A stretch of DNA of 64,000 nucleotides from Nitrosopumilus sp. (GCA_965205675.1 OZ242186.1:64001-128000), one strand, 5' to 3'. Shown: positions 9,943 to 20,630, numbered from the stretch's first letter. Numbers and translations are program-made. The notes: a model not told the origin generated them from the letters alone.

Positions 9943-10886
9943 TTAATTAGAATTGTTCTTGTCAAGCTTTTATGCCTATAGATATGATATTTTTTCAAGC
10001 CTTTTAATTCAGAATTAAAATCTAGCTCTTCTTTGTACATTATTGCGACTTTTTTTTGCTTTGGTATAATTGAAAAAAATTTCTTTAGTATTTCTTGAGG
10101 TTTTTCTGTGGTTTTTGAGGCTATTCCATATGGCAAGTCTGTTACAATTCCGTCAAATTTGTCTGAAATTTTTGATAATTCTTGAAATTCAGATTTTATT
10201 ACTTCAGAACGATATTTGTTAGCTTTGAGATTTTCTTTAGCGATATCACACATTTTCTCATCAAAATCTAATCCAATTCCACGAATTCCCATTGATTCTG
10301 CTTCAAGAAGTGTTGTACCTGTTCCACAAAATGGATCACAAACAGTCTCTCCTTTTTTTAGTCCTATCAAATTAATCATCACTCTTGTTAATTTCCAATC
10401 TAATTCATGAGGATATTTTTTAATCTTTTTTGCTCTAATTTGATTTCTAATTCGTTTTGAAAACCCAAAGAAATTTTCAGTATTTGTAAAAATTAAGTAT
10501 ACGATAATATCTGGATTTTTCAAGTTTACTTTTATGTGAGAAAATTTTGATATCATGTCTCCCATCGAATTCTCTAATTCTGGAATGTTAAATTGATTTG
10601 AAGATAAATTAACTATTCTACAAACAAATGTTTTAGTATTTTTTAAAATTCCTATATTTTCTTCATCTAAAAATAAACCAGACATTTTTCGTAATATTTG
10701 ACCTGAGGTTTTTACAAATGTAGCTCGTTTTGCTATTTCATTCCAATTAGTTTTTGATTGAACAACAACTAAATTTGATATAACTTTGATTTTAGAAAAT
10801 CTATCATATATTTTTGCTATGGAATTAATTTCATCTATTGCAAGTTCTAAATAATCTTTAGATAATATAAAAAAGCTTTCTGGCAT
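9939..10886 (-). CDS. THUMP plus SAM-dependent RNA methyltransferase, tRNA (guanine-10-N2) Trm11-like
   Basis: DPFCGTGT and TDLPYG motifs with an N-terminal THUMP-like region. Confidence 0.75.
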   Translation of the reverse strand: MPESFFILSKDYLELAIDEINSIAKIYDRFSKIKVISNLVVVQSKTNWNEIAKRATFVKTSGQILRKMSGLFLDEENIGILKNTKTFVCRIVNLSSNQFNIPELENSMGDMISKFSHIKVNLKNPDIIVYLIFTNTENFFGFSKRIRNQIRAKKIKKYPHELDWKLTRVMINLIGLKKGETVCDPFCGTGTTLLEAESMGIRGIGLDFDEKMCDIAKENLKANKYRSEVIKSEFQELSKISDKFDGIVTDLPYGIASKTTEKPQEILKKFFSIIPKQKKVAIMYKEELDFNSELKGLKKYHIYRHKSLTRTILIK

Positions 10887-10888
10887 TA

Positions 10889-11764
10889 TTAAATTGCCTT
10901 TGCTATCACATTAGATATATCTACAACAGATGTTTTACCTGGAATTGTATTTGCACTAACAATTTTTGTAACTCCTGCTTTTTTAATTCTTTTTTCTGCA
11001 TCATTCATTAGTAATGCATGTGTACATGCAACATAGATTTTTTTACATTTTTGTTTTTTAAGAAATTGTGTAGCTTTCACAATACTTTCACCAGTACTAA
11101 TCATATCATCAACTAAAATCAAATCCCTATTCTTAACTACATCAACATTTTTTGTAATTATCTTTACTTTACCTGTTTTTCTATCTCTTTTCTTCATCAA
11201 TGCAATATATTTTGAACCTAATTCTTTTGCAAATTTTTTTACTCTATCTTCACCTCCTTGATCTGGTGATACAACAAGAGGGTTTTTCAGGCTCAATTTT
11301 TTGAAATATCGTACTAGTTCGGGAATTGCAGAAACATTCTTTGCTTTGATGGTAAAATGTTTGAATCCAATCATACTGTGAATATCAACTGCAATAATTT
11401 TTGATGCTCCAGCTCCTCTAAACAATTTCCCAAGAACTTTCATTGTTACAATTTCTCCTGGTAAAAATTCTCTGTCTTGTCTTGCATATCCCATATATGG
11501 AATCACTGCAATTACTTCTAATGATGTTTCTTTTACTTTTGTAATAAGTGATAGTGCTTGAATTAGATTTGTGTCAACTGGGGGATAAATCGATTGTACA
11601 ATAATTGATTTTTTTTTTGATATTTTTCCACTAAGAGTTATTTTACTTTCACCATCAGCAAAAACTCGAATTTCTGATTTTACAACATTTGCTTTTATTT
11701 TTCTAGCTAGTTTTCTTGCTACATCCTCAGAAGATTTTCCTGCAATCACTGATAATTTATTCAA
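10889..11764 (-). CDS. prs: Ribose-phosphate pyrophosphokinase
   Basis: FADGE, PYMGYARQD, VSPDQGG, LVDDMISTG. Confidence 0.95.
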   Translation of the reverse strand: MNKLSVIAGKSSEDVARKLARKIKANVVKSEIRVFADGESKITLSGKISKKKSIIVQSIYPPVDTNLIQALSLITKVKETSLEVIAVIPYMGYARQDREFLPGEIVTMKVLGKLFRGAGASKIIAVDIHSMIGFKHFTIKAKNVSAIPELVRYFKKLSLKNPLVVSPDQGGEDRVKKFAKELGSKYIALMKKRDRKTGKVKIITKNVDVVKNRDLILVDDMISTGESIVKATQFLKKQKCKKIYVACTHALLMNDAEKRIKKAGVTKIVSANTIPGKTSVVDISNVIAKAI

Positions 11765-11805
11765 TAAGAAATGTCAATTAATGGGATTCTTAAGTTTTGA
11801 GAAGA

Positions 11806-13548
11806 TCATTCATCTTCTCCACTTCCACGCCCAATATCTCCTAAACCATATCTGTCAATTATCTCATTTCTTTGGTCCTTCAGCTTGTCAATTTCTTCTT
11901 GTTCACGTTTTTCATCACCTTGGTATACTGTTCTAATTGGCCATGGAATTCTAACATCATATCTCTTGAATTCTTCATACATGATCATTCTCATATCAGT
12001 TTTAGTCTTGAATTGTGCACCATAATCTCTAACATAAACCCATAACGAAAAATCTAATGCAGAATCATTAAATTGATTAAATCTTACAACTGGTTGATTA
12101 ATATCTACATGAATATCTTTATCACAACCACAGCTTGATTGATTATTTTTTAAATAAGGACATCTAATTTGTCTAATAAGATGTCTGCCGTTCCTATCTA
12201 CTACTTCCTTCATCGCACGTTTACCAACTTTTACAAGAATTGCTGAAACTTGTTTAGGATCATTAAGATACGAAACACCCACATCTACAATAGCAGGCAC
12301 CATCTTTATTCCCTGAGTATAGTTAATCACCTGTGCATTAACTAATTGTCTTGTAGGAATTATTGCAATTGATTCGTTTAATGCATCCCTAAGATAGGTT
12401 ACTCTAGGCGTAATTTTGTGTACGTAGCCATTGTACCCAGTATCTAATTTTACACGCTCACCTTCTACAAATATCTTATCTTTTCGAATGAGAATATATG
12501 CAAAATAATTTTGCATGGTTTCTTGTAATGCTAATCCTAAACCAATTGCTAAACCTCCTGTAGCTGTAGCAAGTACAATTAAATCTATTCCCCACCAAGA
12601 CACAATTCCTAAAACTGTTGCAATAAAAATTCCAACTGGGAGAATTTGTTTTGCAGACTTTGGTATGCCTTCTCTTTTCTTTTTAGCATATCCTGGAGGA
12701 CGAGAACTAGGAATTAGTGGTTCATACCCATTTGTTCTTTTTTCCTCTCTCCAAACATCAATTGGAAATATCTCATCAGGTTTTGCACCTGGTTTTAATT
12801 TTCTTCCAGATTGATTACTACCAGTTATACAGTTTTGATAATATTTTTCATATTTTACACGCTCTGATTTTTTCCACTCTTCAAATGGATCATCAATTAA
12901 TTTTTCATATCCCCCAATTGGATTTCCTTTTGTAGTTCTAAACTGTTCTAATTCTAACATACCTTCTTCTGTTTTCAACATTTCTTTGAATTTTTCTTCT
13001 TCTAGTTCTTCTGGGGTAACATTTGGTGGAACCCATTTGTACAATTTATGAAATAGATCTCCTTCATCATCAATAAATCCCCTCATTTCAAACCATGCAT
13101 CAAAATCTTCTTTCTCTAAGGTAGATTTTTCTCGTTTTGTTAATCCAATTGGAACAAGATGAGAAATTGTATATCCTATTACTAAAATATTGAATGTGTT
13201 GAGAATCTTTGCAAATGTTTCTGCAGATGATATATTTTCACCATCGATTGTTGATAAATCCTCTCCAAACAAAACTCCTGTTTGTATATGTACATTAATT
13301 GCTGTGATTAGTGCAATCGCAAAAAATGGCAAAACTGCTCTACGTACAAATCGTGAAAAATGCGGTCTTTGATAATAAAATTTCTGAGAGCCAACCCAAG
13401 ATGAAAATTTTTTGTACCCAATAGCTATCCCAATTATCCCTAAAATCATTATTGAAAATGCAATTTGAAGTGATTCAGACGAAGCTATAAGCTGAGAAAC
13501 TGTTTCAAATTCACCTGCAGAAATTTGTGTCAAGTCTTCTTCAGCCAT
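11806..13548 (-). CDS. MscS-family mechanosensitive channel with long N-terminal extension
   Basis: TM helices, GLAIGLGLALQETMQNYFA, VDVGVSY, FNDSALDF, IPWP. Confidence 0.85.
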   Translation of the reverse strand: MAEEDLTQISAGEFETVSQLIASSESLQIAFSIMILGIIGIAIGYKKFSSWVGSQKFYYQRPHFSRFVRRAVLPFFAIALITAINVHIQTGVLFGEDLSTIDGENISSAETFAKILNTFNILVIGYTISHLVPIGLTKREKSTLEKEDFDAWFEMRGFIDDEGDLFHKLYKWVPPNVTPEELEEEKFKEMLKTEEGMLELEQFRTTKGNPIGGYEKLIDDPFEEWKKSERVKYEKYYQNCITGSNQSGRKLKPGAKPDEIFPIDVWREEKRTNGYEPLIPSSRPPGYAKKKREGIPKSAKQILPVGIFIATVLGIVSWWGIDLIVLATATGGLAIGLGLALQETMQNYFAYILIRKDKIFVEGERVKLDTGYNGYVHKITPRVTYLRDALNESIAIIPTRQLVNAQVINYTQGIKMVPAIVDVGVSYLNDPKQVSAILVKVGKRAMKEVVDRNGRHLIRQIRCPYLKNNQSSCGCDKDIHVDINQPVVRFNQFNDSALDFSLWVYVRDYGAQFKTKTDMRMIMYEEFKRYDVRIPWPIRTVYQGDEKREQEEIDKLKDQRNEIIDRYGLGDIGRGSGEDE

Positions 13549-13689
13549 ATATAATCACCATTCTAATCAAATCCATGTCCTAGAATACAAAGGTTAACCC
13601 ATATTATCATTATTTTTTGAAATTCTAAACAAATTATTTTCAAGTTCAAAAACTTTATGCCTAAAAGAGACGGATATTTACGGTAGATA

Positions 13690-14106
13690 ATTCTACTCGA
13701 GGATGATGCAATACTAATAAACTCATTCCTGAAATTGGTAATTATTCTGTACTAGTGATATCGTTAGAAATTGCAGATATTGATAGATTCAACAACTCTT
13801 ACAAGTTATGTGCATATGCAGGAGTTGTCCCATCAATTACCAATTCTGCAGATACAATAGTCAGGGTACCATCACAAAACAAGAACGCATGACATTGAGA
13901 TGAGTTCTGACATATGCATATACACTCAAGCAGTACATACAAAGAATAGTGATATTACTAAATTTTACAATCGTATCAAAAAGAAGAGAAGATCATCCAA
14001 AGATGCAGTTGCTGCTGCATCAAAGATTCAACGAGTAGTTTATTGGATGTTGAAAGACAGGAGAGAGTTTATGGAATATTACAGTCAGGATTCCAAGTCG
14101 CGTTAA
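13690..14106 (+). pseudogene. IS110-family transposase remnant (Transposase_20 region)
   Basis: IPEIGNYS...EIADIDRFNNSYKLCAYAGVVPS and AVAAASKIQRVVYWMLK lie in shifting frames. Confidence 0.75.
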
Positions 14107-14289
14107 AGTTGTTGAGGGACAAGGCCTTGTCTTCTAACTCTAAATAATCTTAATGAAGAGATGAGGAAGGTATTGAGAATACAGTCTTGGCATGGATACA
14201 TGTTTGCATATCTCTTGATTGAAATCATTCCCTAGCGAAAGCCATCTCTTGATGTTTGAAAAGAGAGGAAATGTATAAAAATAATTCAC

Positions 14290-14950
14290 ATGGATACAGT
14301 TTGTTTCTGAATATGTCTCAAAGTATTCAGAATTTCTTGGTTCGTGCAATTGTATGCTCTACTTTTATTCTGATTTTTGACTATGTGGCTTGTTCTATAG
14401 CGAGAAGCACAAGTTTGTGAGTTATTTTTTAGGTGTTTCAATTTGTTTATTCGTATTTACCTATAGGTAAGATCACCTGATTTCTAGTTTTTTGAAATTA
14501 TTTAGTTCACAAATTTTTGATCATTGTTATACTCCTTTTGAGGAATAATCAATTCTTTTCATTTTTTTTCTTGTATGGCAAAACACTGGTTTGATTTGCA
14601 AAATTTTTTTCAATTCCTAAATATCTAAGATCATAAAATTGCAATAACCCTTCAGACAGTGTTAGGTGTTTTGATCTGTAGATTTCATAGCCATGATAAT
14701 TGCCAGGTGTATGAGATGGTTTATCAATTATCTTGCCATTCAGATTTCATATGATCTGATTCTGTACTATGTATTTCTTCTTTTTTCCTGAATAATGGTT
14801 CTTTCTGTTAATACGATCTTTTGGGATTGGATATTTTGTATCATGAACTAATTTGAGGATAATAGAATAATTTCTAGAAAAGAGTTACATAGAAATCATC
14901 AATATTTTACCTGATGATTCATTAAACTAACCATACAGATATCATCAAAT
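14290..14950 (-). pseudogene. Heavily decayed IS5/ISL2-like transposase, homologous to the one at 1-823
   Basis: Minus strand reads PIPK, HYSGKKKKY, FYDLRYLGIEKNFANQTSVLPYKKK and SKIRIKVEHTIARTKKF*IL*DIFRNKL. Boundaries approximate. Confidence 0.8.
14398..14529. mobile_element. 132-bp IS630-type MITE with TA TSD, inserted in the decayed IS5 gene
   Basis: Imperfect TIRs sharing TTTGTGA; TA at 14396-14397 and 14530-14531. The empty site restores CAA AAG GAG TAG AAC AAG, against CAA AAG GAA TGG AAC AAG in the copy at about 630. Confidence 0.7.
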
Positions 14951-14959
14951 ATTCATCAT

Positions 14960-15719
14960 TTTATGAAAAACAAATACCAACGCATGATTTCCCTCATGCA
15001 CCGGATTCTAAAGAAAATGAATGTTTCACTGTTTTTGCATCCAAAATCAAAACACACATTTTCAATACACCAAAACACATCATACTGCTAGATTGAGTGA
15101 CGTTTTACTGCATGTTGCAATTGGCAGATTCATTGGAATGATATCTCAGGGTGCAATATTTGCAGAAATTGATGCAACAGGATTTGAAAACAGACCTGCT
15201 AACACCATTACTATTCTTACAGATGCAATCTCAGGCATGTATTTACAAAAATGTCAGCAGGATCTGATATGAAATCCCAGTTGATTTGTGCAGTTGTGAT
15301 TCAGTACTATCCCGTATCTCATGATATCAAACATTTCCCAAAACCATTCTCTCAAATGTATGATGTTATTCCAATGAATACAATGGTGTTAGAGAAAGGA
15401 TATGATGCAGAATCAGTTCATAAGCAAATTAGAGATAAGAGAATATTCTCTCAATCATTCCCAGTTAGAGTGGATAATCCAATTTCATATACGCATGGCA
15501 AATATAGAAAACTGATGAGCAAAGAATTTGATGAAACATTGTACCATGAACGGAATAAAACTGAGACAGTATTTTCTGTAGTGAAAAGAAGGTTTGATTC
15601 TGAAATCAAATCATACAATGATGCTATGAAAACAGAGTTACTCTATCGAGTATCGGCGTATAATGTCATAGAATGTGTTTGATCTCTGCGTTAGTTTTAT
15701 GGATGATTTCTAGGAAGCC
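14960..15719 (+). pseudogene. IS5-family (DDE_Tnp_1 type) transposase, frameshifted
   Basis: IDATGF, HDIKHF, LEKGYDAE (degenerate DKGYD) and YHERNKTETVFSVVKRRF are spread across ORFs 15021 and 15251. Confidence 0.75.
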
Positions 15720-15763
15720 CAGAAAAGATAACTTTTATCAAGGGTGAATGTACTATTTACAAA

Positions 15764-17119
15764 ATGACCTATCAAGAATCAGTATGGGGTGATTCACCAT
15801 CACTAAAATCTTATACATTATCAAATTTTCGTACTCTTCCACAGATTCAAAATCTTTCTGAAGAAACTCAATTTGAAATGGAAGTGGTTGGAAATGTATT
15901 ACCATTTAAGGCAAATAATTATGTTGTTGAACAATCAATCGATTGGAATAATATTCCAAATGATCCAATATATGTTTTAACTTTTCCCCAAAAAGGAATG
16001 TTAAAACCAGAACATTACAAAAAAATGGAAACTACTTTAAAAAATAATTCTGATAAAAAAGAAATAGCAAATGTTGCAAATGAAATTCGTTTACAATTAA
16101 ATCCTCATCCAGCAGGACAAATGGAACTTAATGTTCCTGCATTGAAAGATGGTACCAAATTATATGGAATGCAACATAAATACAAAGAAACTTGTCTTTT
16201 CTTTCCTAGTCAAAGCCAAACTTGTCATGCATATTGTAGCTTTTGTTTCAGATGGCCACAATTTGTTGGAATGGATGAAATGAAATTTGCCATGCAGGAA
16301 GGAGAGCAACTATCTCAATATATTTCAGAACATCCAGAGATCAGTGATGTGCTTTTCACTGGTGGTGATCCAATGATTATGAAAGCAAAAATATTTTCTA
16401 AATATGTTGATACATTAATTGAATCAAAAATCCCAAATCTTAAAACAATTAGAATTGGAACAAAAGCTCTTTCTTATTGGCCTTACAAATTTTTGACTGA
16501 TTCTGATTCTGAAGAAATGTTAGATGTGTTTAGACGAATTACTGATAGTGGTTTACATCTAGCATTTATGGGACACTTTAACCATCTAAACGAATTATCT
16601 ACTGATGCTGTAAAATCTGCAATCAATGAAGTAAGAAAAACAGGAGCACAAATTAGAACGCAATCTCCATTATTAGCACACATTAATGATGATGCCGAAA
16701 TGTGGGCAAACATGTGGACTACACAAGTCCAATTAGGCTGTATTCCATACTACATGTTTGTGGTAAGAGATACTGGAGCTCAACATTATTTTGGTGTTCC
16801 TTTAATCAAAGCGTATGAGATTTTTAACAAAGCATATTCATCTGTAAGTGGATTAGCAAGAACCGTTCGAGGACCTAGTATGTCTGCTACTCCAGGAAAA
16901 GTTCAGGTAATAGGAACGACGCAATTAAATGATCAAAAACTGATAGTTTTGAGATTTTTACAAGGCCGAAATCCTAATTGGGTAAATGAACCATTTTTTG
17001 CAAAATACGATGAAAATGCAATTTGGCTAGATGATTTGAAACCTGCATATGATGATAAATTCTTCTTTGAAGATGAACTTGATGCTATCAAGGCATCAAA
17101 AGCTACTTCACTTCAATAA
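15764..17119 (+). CDS. KamA-family radical SAM/PLP 2,3-aminomutase (substrate unknown)
   Basis: CHAYCSFCFR (CxxxCxxC), DVLFTGGDP, IRIGTK, PYYMF, TPGKV. Confidence 0.85.
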   Translation: MTYQESVWGDSPSLKSYTLSNFRTLPQIQNLSEETQFEMEVVGNVLPFKANNYVVEQSIDWNNIPNDPIYVLTFPQKGMLKPEHYKKMETTLKNNSDKKEIANVANEIRLQLNPHPAGQMELNVPALKDGTKLYGMQHKYKETCLFFPSQSQTCHAYCSFCFRWPQFVGMDEMKFAMQEGEQLSQYISEHPEISDVLFTGGDPMIMKAKIFSKYVDTLIESKIPNLKTIRIGTKALSYWPYKFLTDSDSEEMLDVFRRITDSGLHLAFMGHFNHLNELSTDAVKSAINEVRKTGAQIRTQSPLLAHINDDAEMWANMWTTQVQLGCIPYYMFVVRDTGAQHYFGVPLIKAYEIFNKAYSSVSGLARTVRGPSMSATPGKVQVIGTTQLNDQKLIVLRFLQGRNPNWVNEPFFAKYDENAIWLDDLKPAYDDKFFFEDELDAIKASKATSLQ

Positions 17120-17199
17120 TTTTATAATTTACCTGACTAATTTGACAATTCTATCTTACTAGATAACATTAGTAAAGAAATTCATTAAAAATATCAAAA

Positions 17200-18645
17200 T
17201 TGAACTTCGAACAAGTATTACAAGCTATTCAAGATGAAAATATCTCTTTCATAGATTTCTGGTTTGTAGATATTTTTGGTGAACTTCATAATGTTGGAAT
17301 GCCAAGCTATGCAATTGATAAAAACAGCTTTGTTAATGGTCTTGAGAAGTTAGATGCAAGTTCAATTGTTGGCTTTAAATCTGTAAATAATTCTGATATG
17401 ATTTTAATGCCAGATCCAAATTCTTTCAAAATTCTTCCCAATGATTATGATCCTGGTAATAGAAGAAATGCAAGAATATTCTGTGATCTCTATGACGGTA
17501 ACACAAACAAAGAGTCTAGATATAACCGAGATTCGAGAGGCATTGCACATAAAGCAGCAGAAAAACTTAGTGAATTTGGTTTTACTCATACTAATTGGGG
17601 ACCTGAAATAGAATTTTTTGTATTTGATGCAATCAATGTTTATCCATCACCATATGCTGCAACACATTCAGGAGGTGGTTCTGGTTACTCTATTGAATCT
17701 AAAGAATCACCATGGTCTAAAGGAAATGTAAGTACTGCTATAGATATCAAAGAAGGATACTATCCATCACAACCCAAAGATACCCTTGAAGGATTCAGAA
17801 AAGATGTATGTGATGACTTGTATAATTATTTTGGAATAAAAATTGAAGCCGAACATCATGAAGTAGCAACTTCAGGTCAATGTGAAATTAATTTAGTTTA
17901 TGATGAAATGATTGACATGGCAGATAATGTAATAGCTGTTAAGAATTTAGTTAAAGTCAAAGCTAAACGAAAAAATAAAGTTGCAACTTTTATGCCAAAA
18001 CCAATTTTTGGTGATAATGCATCTGCAATGCATACACATCAGAGCTTATGGAATGGGAATACAAATGCAATGTATGATAAAAATGATGATGTTGCACAAA
18101 TGAGTCAAACTGGAAGATATTATGTTGGAGGAATTCTTAGTCATGCATCGGCATTATGCGTAATTTCTAATCCTACGACAAATTCTTATAAACGCCTTGT
18201 TCCTGGATTTGAAGCACCTGTCAATGTATGTTGGGGATTAGCCAATCGTTCTACAGCAATTAGAATTCCAATGTATAATAGAAATCAGGAAAAGAGTAAG
18301 AGAATAGAATATCGTGTCCCTGATCCTACTGCAAATATCTATCTCTTAGAAGCCGCATTGTTACTAGCAGGATTAGATGGAATAAAAAACAAAATTGATC
18401 CTGGAGATCCAATTGAAGAAAATGTATACAAACTTTCTCCAGAAAAGAAACGAGAATATAACATTGGCTCATTGCCTGTTTCATTAAAAGGCGCACTTGA
18501 TTCACTACAAAGTGATTCAAAATTCTTAGAAGAAGTCTTTACTAATGATTTCCTAGATCAATATTCTGAGTTAAAATACAAAGAATATACTGCTTTTGCA
18601 CAAACTCCTACAGCTTGGGAAGTTTCAATGTATGCAGATGCATAG
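17200..18645 (+). CDS. glnA: Glutamine synthetase type I
   Basis: GPEIEFF, HHEVA, TFMPKP, SAMHTHQS, SYKRLVPGFEAP, NRSTAIRIP, RIEYRVPD. Confidence 0.95.
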   Translation: MNFEQVLQAIQDENISFIDFWFVDIFGELHNVGMPSYAIDKNSFVNGLEKLDASSIVGFKSVNNSDMILMPDPNSFKILPNDYDPGNRRNARIFCDLYDGNTNKESRYNRDSRGIAHKAAEKLSEFGFTHTNWGPEIEFFVFDAINVYPSPYAATHSGGGSGYSIESKESPWSKGNVSTAIDIKEGYYPSQPKDTLEGFRKDVCDDLYNYFGIKIEAEHHEVATSGQCEINLVYDEMIDMADNVIAVKNLVKVKAKRKNKVATFMPKPIFGDNASAMHTHQSLWNGNTNAMYDKNDDVAQMSQTGRYYVGGILSHASALCVISNPTTNSYKRLVPGFEAPVNVCWGLANRSTAIRIPMYNRNQEKSKRIEYRVPDPTANIYLLEAALLLAGLDGIKNKIDPGDPIEENVYKLSPEKKREYNIGSLPVSLKGALDSLQSDSKFLEEVFTNDFLDQYSELKYKEYTAFAQTPTAWEVSMYADA

Positions 18646-18716
18646 TTGGTACAAATATCAATCAATTCATAGAAATCAATAGAACGTTTTTAAAATCAAA
18701 TTTAGTTTTTTCGAGT

Positions 18717-19373
18717 ATGAAATTAAGATTATTCATATTGTCATTGTTAGTATCTTTTGGTTTGCCCATAATCGCTTATGGACATACAGTTGATGCTCTA
18801 GGAGAATATAGAGTAGAAATTGGTTGGATGAATGAACCAGTTGTATCTGGGGAAACCAACGCAATCGAATTTCATGTAAATCCATTAATTCCTTGTTCAG
18901 ATATTTCCGAATTACTCAAATGTGCAGAATCACAAGAATTTAAAGATGGAATTTCAGATTTAAATGAAACAATAAAAATTAAATTAATTTACAAAGATGA
19001 TACTATTACACTTCCATTAGTTCCTGATCATAATATTCCAGGAAAATATTATGCATTTGTAAATCCAACTGTTTCTGGATTTTATCAAGTAAACATCTTA
19101 GGAACTATTGTAGATACTCCCATAAGTTTATCAATGCACCCTCCAAAAGTTGATGAGCGTTCTTACATAGAATTTCCCCAACCATCTGATATCACAGTAC
19201 AACAAATGATTGATGGACATACTGCATTAATTGAAGATGTCAGTGATCTAAAGGAATCAATTACCATTCTGGAAAATAAATCATCTAATAATATTGGTTA
19301 TGTTGGAATGATTGTTGGAATAATTGGAATTATAATAGCAATTTTTGCAGTTATAAAATCAAGAAGAAATTAA
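18717..19373 (+). CDS. Secreted, C-terminally membrane-anchored hypothetical protein
   Basis: Signal peptide from ATG 18717, His at the predicted mature N-terminus, C-terminal TM helix followed by basic residues. Confidence 0.7.
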   Translation: MKLRLFILSLLVSFGLPIIAYGHTVDALGEYRVEIGWMNEPVVSGETNAIEFHVNPLIPCSDISELLKCAESQEFKDGISDLNETIKIKLIYKDDTITLPLVPDHNIPGKYYAFVNPTVSGFYQVNILGTIVDTPISLSMHPPKVDERSYIEFPQPSDITVQQMIDGHTALIEDVSDLKESITILENKSSNNIGYVGMIVGIIGIIIAIFAVIKSRRN

Positions 19374-19472
19374 CAATTATATGAATTTGAGCCATGTTTA
19401 CCATATACTTGATATTCTATGTGTAATAACCTACAAGTGTAGGAATTTGAACAAATAATTTTGGTGTAATTT

Positions 19473-20630
19473 ATGGTTAAAAGTAATTATGATATTTTAG
19501 GAATTATAGAAGGTTCATCTAAAAAAGAGATTCGTGATGCATTTAGAAGATTAGCTCTTCAATATCATTCAGATCGTGGAGGAGAAAATGAACAATTTAT
19601 CAAAATTAAACAAGCATATGATGATCTAAAAATTGGGAAAAAATATCCGGAAACAGATAATGAAAAATTAAAAAACTCCAAAGTTTATTCAAGTGATTCT
19701 GAGGCTGATGTTAGAAGAAAAAACCAGATTTTAGGTCAAGAATTATTCAAAGAAATGAAGGCAGCTGAGGAATGGGCTGCAACACTGAATAGTTCAAACT
19801 CTACTGCGTCTAGACTATTTGGATCAAAGACTCTTGGTGAAATTGAATTAGAAAGAAAAGCTAATGGATCTTTATCTATTAAAGGAAATTTTATGGCAGG
19901 GAGTTTAACGTACGATGGCTCAATAGTAATGCAAGGTAGTGTTACAAGTCCATCTTGGACACAAGAATATCAAACAAATATTTGTCTAACCACTGGAGAT
20001 TTCAAATTTGTTAATCCATTAGAAAATAAATATAAAATTGATAACGGTGCTAAAATAATTGTAGAAAATGGTAATGTTGTTGTTGGAAATGTTTTTGGTA
20101 GAAAATTTCGTGTTGAAGATCCCCAAGGACGTATAGGCGTATTCCAAATACAAGAACATAGAACTCATATTTCAGCTCCAAATGGGAAAATTATTGCAGA
20201 AAATTTGATAAACACTGTTTTACTTGAAGCCGATTCAATTATAGTTCTTAATGTAGAAGATGATGTAATATTATCTGCAAGAGAAATTTTATTTTATGGA
20301 GGAAAATTTACTTATGACTCAGTTATTGAACTGAAAGAGGGTGGATTGATAAGATTTTTTGAGAATTTTTCTATTCAAGGTTTGAGTGGTGATGCAATAA
20401 TTAAACTTGAAAATGGTAAAAAAATCCGACTGTTTGATCTTAAAACTAAAAAAATAAAAGATTTGGCTGATGAACTTGTTCCCAATAAAGAAAATTACAC
20501 CAAAGATTCTACCATGGTAGGCAATGGATTTACAATTACATATGAAATGCTAGATAATCTATCATTGAAATCCATTAAAAAACAAAAGCAAGGATGGGCA
20601 TCAAAATTTAGATTCTCTAAAAATAATTAA
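19473..20630 (+). CDS. J-domain-like protein (HSD in place of HPD) with beta-rich C-terminus
   Basis: NYDILGI...EIRDAFRRLALQYHSDRGG...FIKIKQAYDDL. Confidence 0.8.
   Translation: MVKSNYDILGIIEGSSKKEIRDAFRRLALQYHSDRGGENEQFIKIKQAYDDLKIGKKYPETDNEKLKNSKVYSSDSEADVRRKNQILGQELFKEMKAAEEWAATLNSSNSTASRLFGSKTLGEIELERKANGSLSIKGNFMAGSLTYDGSIVMQGSVTSPSWTQEYQTNICLTTGDFKFVNPLENKYKIDNGAKIIVENGNVVVGNVFGRKFRVEDPQGRIGVFQIQEHRTHISAPNGKIIAENLINTVLLEADSIIVLNVEDDVILSAREILFYGGKFTYDSVIELKEGGLIRFFENFSIQGLSGDAIIKLENGKKIRLFDLKTKKIKDLADELVPNKENYTKDSTMVGNGFTITYEMLDNLSLKSIKKQKQGWASKFRFSKNN

Noticed and set aside
13690-14131. Functional IS110 bridge-RNA system
   Set aside because: Only a frameshifted C-terminal fragment; the RuvC-like domain and non-coding end are not recognisable.
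14140-14349. 69-aa hypothetical protein
   Set aside because: A chance frame across two transposase remnants.
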